A stretch of 64,000 nucleotides of DNA, from NCBI RefSeq assembly GCF_009914755.1, contig NC_060931.1; one strand, written 5' to 3'. The notes beneath the pieces were generated by a model that worked only from the letters and a program-made list of their open reading frames with translations, did not search any database and was not told the origin of the DNA. The translations under genes and the position numbers were made by a program. Of the stretch, positions 60,201 to 64,000 are shown in pieces (within the stretch, counting starts at the first letter, position 1; each line of letters begins with the position of its first letter). Origin of the DNA: the human T2T-CHM13v2.0 reference genome, Homo sapiens.

Positions 60201-63200
60201 CTGCTAGCTTTAAAGTTTGTTTGCTCTTGCTTCTCTAGCTCTTTTAATTGTGATGTTAAGGTATCAATTTTAGATCTTTCCTGCTTTCTCTTGTGGGAAT
60301 TTAGCGCTATAAATTTCACTCTACACACTGCTTTCAATGTGTCCCAGAGATTCTGGTACATTGTGTCTTTGTTCTCACTGATTTCAAAGAACATCTTTAT
60401 TTCTGCCTTCATTTCATTATTTAGCCAGTAGTCATTCAGGAGCAGGTTGTTCAATTTCCATGTAGTTGTGAAGTTTTGAGTGAGTTTCTTAGTCCTAAGT
60501 TCTAATTTGATTGCACTGTGATCTGAGAGAGTGTTGTGATTTCTGTTCCTTTACATTTGCTGAGAAGTGCTTTACTTCCAATTATGTGGTCAATTTTAGA
60601 ATAAGTATGATGTGATACTGAAAAGAATGTATATTCTGTTGATTTGGGGTGGAGAGTTCTATAGATGTCTATTAGGTCTGCTTGGTGCAGAGCTGAGTTG
60701 AAGTCCTGTATATCCTTGTTAAACTTCTGTTTCATTGATCTGTCTAATATTGACAATGGGGTGTTAAAATCTCCAAGTATTATTGTGTGGGACTCTAAGT
60801 CTCTTTTTAGGCATCTAATGACTTGCTTTATGAATCTGGGTGCTCCTGTATTGGGTGCACATATATTTAGGATAGTTAGCTCTTCTTGTTGAATTGATCC
60901 CTTTACCATTATGTAATGGCCTTCGTCTCTTTTGATTTTTGTTGGTTTAAAGTCTGTTTTATCAGAGAGTAGGATTGCAACCCCTGGTTTTTGTTTGTTT
61001 GTTTGTTTTCCATTTGCTTGGTAGATCTTCCTCCATCCCTTTATTTTGAGCCTATGTGTGTCTCTACACATGAGATGGGTCTTCTGAATAGAGCACACTG
61101 ATGGGTCTTGACTCTTTATCCAATTTGCCAGTCTATATCTTTTAATTGGGGCATTTAGCCCATTTACATTTAAGGTTAATATTGTTATGTGTGAATTTAA
61201 TCCTGTCATTATGATGCTAGCTGGTTATTTTGCCCATTAATTGATGCAGTTTCTTCTTACCATTGATGGTCTTTACAATTTGGCATGTTTTTGCAGTGTC
61301 TGGTACTGGTTGTTCCTTTCCATGTTTAGTGCTTCCTTCAGGAACTACCAAGGTAGGCCTGGTGGTGACAAAATCTCTTAGCATTTGCTTGTCTGTAAAT
61401 GATTTTATTTCTCCTTCACTTATGAAGCTTAGTTTGGCTGGATATGAAATTCTGGGTTGAAAATTATTTTCTTTAAGAATGTTGAATATTGACCCCCACT
61501 CTCTTTGGCTTGTAGCGTTTCTGCCGAGAGATCCGCTGTTAGTCTGATGGGCTTCCCTTTGTGGGTAACCCGACCTTTCTCTGTGGCTGCCCGTAACATT
61601 TTTTCCTTCATTTCAACTTTGGTGAATCTGACAATTATGTGTCTTTGGGTTGCTCTACTTAAGGTGTTCTCTGTATTTCCTGAATTTGAATGTTGGCCTG
61701 CCTTGCTAGGTTGGGGAAGTTCTCCTGGATAATATCCTGAAGAGTGTTTTCCAACTTGGTTCCATTCTCCCTGTCACTTTCAGGTACACCAATCAGACGT
61801 AGATTTGGTCTTTTCACATAGGTTTATATTTCTTGGAGGATTTTTTCATTTCTTTTTACTCTTTTTACTCTAAACTTGTCTTCTCTCTTTATTTCATTAA
61901 CTTCATCTTCAATCACTGATACCCTTTCTTCCACTTGATCGAATTGGCTATTGAAGCTTGTGCATGCGTCACGAAGTTCTCATGCTATGGTTTTCAGCTC
62001 CATCAAGTCATTTAAGGTCTTCTTTATACTGTTTATTCTAGTTAGCCATTCGTCTTAACATTTTTTCAAGGTTTTTAGCTTCCTTGTGATGGGTTAGAAC
62101 ATGCTCCTTTAGCTCAGAGAAGTTTGTTATTACCAACCTTCTGAAGCCTACTTCAGTCAACTCGTCATTCTCTTTGCAGCTTTGTTCCATTGCTGGCGAG
62201 GAGTGTGATCCTTTGTAGGAGAAGAGGCACTCTGGTTTTTAGAATTTTCAGCCTTTTTGCCCTGGTTTCTCCCCATCTTTGTGGTTTTATCTACCTTTTA
62301 TCTTTGATGTTGGTGACCTGTAGATGGGGTTTTGGTATAGATGTCCTTTTTGTTGATGTTGATGTTGAAGTTAATCCTTTCTGTTTGTTAGTTTTCCTTC
62401 TAACAGTCACATCCCTCAGCTGCAGGTCTGTTGGAGTTTGCTGGAGGTTCACTCCAGACCCTGTTTGCCTGGGTATCACCAGCAGAGGCTGCAGAACAGC
62501 AAATAGTGCTGTCTCATCCTTCCTCTTGAAGCTTTGTCCCAGAGGGGCACTTGCCTATATGAGGAGTCTGTAGGCCCCTACTGGGAGATGTCTGCCAGTT
62601 AGGCTACATGGGGGTCCGGGACCCACTTGAAGAGGTGGTCTGTTCATTCTCAGAGCTCAAATGCTGTGCTTGGAGAACCACTCCTCTCTTCAGAGCTGTC
62701 AGACAGGGACGTTTATGTCTGCAGAAGTTGTCTGCTGCCTTTTGTTCAGCTATGCCCTGCCCACAGAGGTGGAGTCTATAGAAGTAGTAGGCCTTGCTGA
62801 GCTGTGGTGTGCTCTGCCCTGTTCAAGCTTCCTGGCTGCTTTGTTTACCTACTTAAGCCTCAGCAATGGCGGTCACACCTCCCCCAGCCAAACTGCCACC
62901 TTGCAGTTTGATCTCAGACTGCTACACTAGCAGTGAGCAAGGCTCTGTGGGCATGGGACCTGCCGAGACAGGCATGGGAGAGGATCTCCTTGTCTGCCGG
63001 TTGCTAATACCTTGGGAAAAGTGCAGTATTTGGGCAGAAGTGTCCTGTTTTTCCAGGTACGGTCTGTGACAGATTCCCATGGCTAGGAAAGGGAAATCCC
63101 CTGACCCCTTGCACTTCCCAGGTGAGGGGATGCCCTGCCCTGTTTCAGCTCGCCCTCTGTGGGCTGCACCCACTGTCCCACAGTCCCAATGAGATGAACC

Positions 63201-63303
63201 AAGTACTTCAGTTGGAAATGCAGAAATCACCCATCTTCTGCATCGATCATGCTGGGAGCTACAGACTGGAGCTGTTCCTATTCAGCCATCTTGAAATGGA
63301 TCC
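57214..63303 (-). mobile_element. Full-length (about 6.1 kb) decayed L1, L1PA6/L1PA7-like
   Basis: 5' UTR starting ...CAAGATGGCTGAATAGGAACAGCTCC, ORF1 remnant (61429-61611), ORF2 fragments 57423-61209, 3' UTR and A-rich tail; degenerate TSD CAA(T/G)AATTTT(T/C)TTT at 57201-57213 and 63304-63317. Confidence 0.95.
60502..61209 (-). pseudogene. L1 ORF2 endonuclease (APE) domain remnant
   Basis: MTGLNSHITILTLNVNGLNAPIKR...GDFNTPLS...YSKIDH; the rest of ORF2 is broken by frameshifts and stops. Confidence 0.9.
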
Positions 63304-63419
63304 CAAGAATTTTCTTTAAAGTAACAACAGGCTAAAGTAACAAATAGCAATAATAATCTTATACATGTATATGTATATGTATATGTATAGAAAGACACAA
63401 TACTTATTGTTAATATGGG

Positions 63420-63895
63420 TCATTTGACTTCTGATTTCTAGTCCAACATATAAAGCACTTGGAAGTCATCATTATCACCCAGATATGAAAGAGGTTGAAC
63501 AAACTGAAAATCAACAATTCTTAGCTCAATCAGACAATTGAGGTCACAAGTCAAACTATCCCTTGAAAACTGGAAAGATGGAGAAGTAGATTCAGAGAGT
63601 AACAGCTTACCTGAAGTGGAAGCCCAGGAACAGAACCCTGTAACTGGCATCAATATCAGGAGTAACATTTTAAACTAGAAGTGATGAATTGCTGGAGGTA
63701 GAATGTAAACTAACTTGAGAGTTAAAAACTCTGAGGTGTCAAAGTCTTAGAAAGACCTTTACATTTTTATGAGTTTTACCTCCAGATCCCCAATCAGGTT
63801 CCAACTTTAAAGATTTAAGAAAAATTACCTCTTGTTTTCAGCAGGGTGAAGGGAAGAGCAACTATTTTGGAACATACTCCAAGCTCTCTGTTCTC
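63420..63895 (+). mobile_element. Ancient L1M 5'-region fragment
   Basis: GACTTCTGATTTCTAGTCCAACAT...TGAACAAACTGAAAATCAACAA... resembles L1MC/MD 5' ends; family uncertain. Confidence 0.45.
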
Positions 63896-63899
63896 ATCT

Positions 63900-64000
63900 A
63901 AAAGCTATAAAAACAAAATCATGTCATTTTCTGCCACATGGATTGAACTGGAGGACATTATATTAAGTGAAATAAGCCAGGCACAGAAAGATAAACATCA
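63900..64000 (+). mobile_element. L1MA-type ORF2 end / 3' fragment (runs off window)
   Basis: CATGGATTGAACTGGAGGACATTATATTAAGTGAAATAAGCCAGGCACAGAAAGATAAA. Confidence 0.8.

Noticed and set aside
57423-62479. Retrotransposition-competent L1
   Set aside because: ORF1 and ORF2 are split into many fragments by stops, frameshifts and deletions.

Overview
Human (great-ape-type) genomic DNA containing the 5' end of HGF (hepatocyte growth factor) on the minus strand. It holds part of intron 1 (1-3935), coding exon 1 (3936-4023, signal peptide [29 protein letters not shown]; too short for the ORF track), the 5' UTR, the promoter with the 30-nt poly(dA) DATE element (4854-4883), and about 60 kb of AT-rich upstream DNA with no recognisable gene. 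The upstream region contains about 16 Alu-family elements, a 5'-truncated L1PA2-like insertion, a full-length decayed L1PA6/7-like element, older L1 fragments, a MER39-like ERV1 solo LTR next to the promoter, MaLR LTRs, Tigger1/MER DNA transposons, MIR/L2 relics and microsatellites. Every ORF in the supplied track is L1-derived, Alu-derived or a chance ORF. I found no convincing new gene or multi-gene system. The best leads are an internally deleted mini-Alu whose missing segment is bounded by GT...AG, the promoter-proximal LTR, and several motif clusters in unique sequence that may be HGF enhancers. Repeat subfamily names come from recalled consensus sequences and need RepeatMasker/Dfam confirmation.
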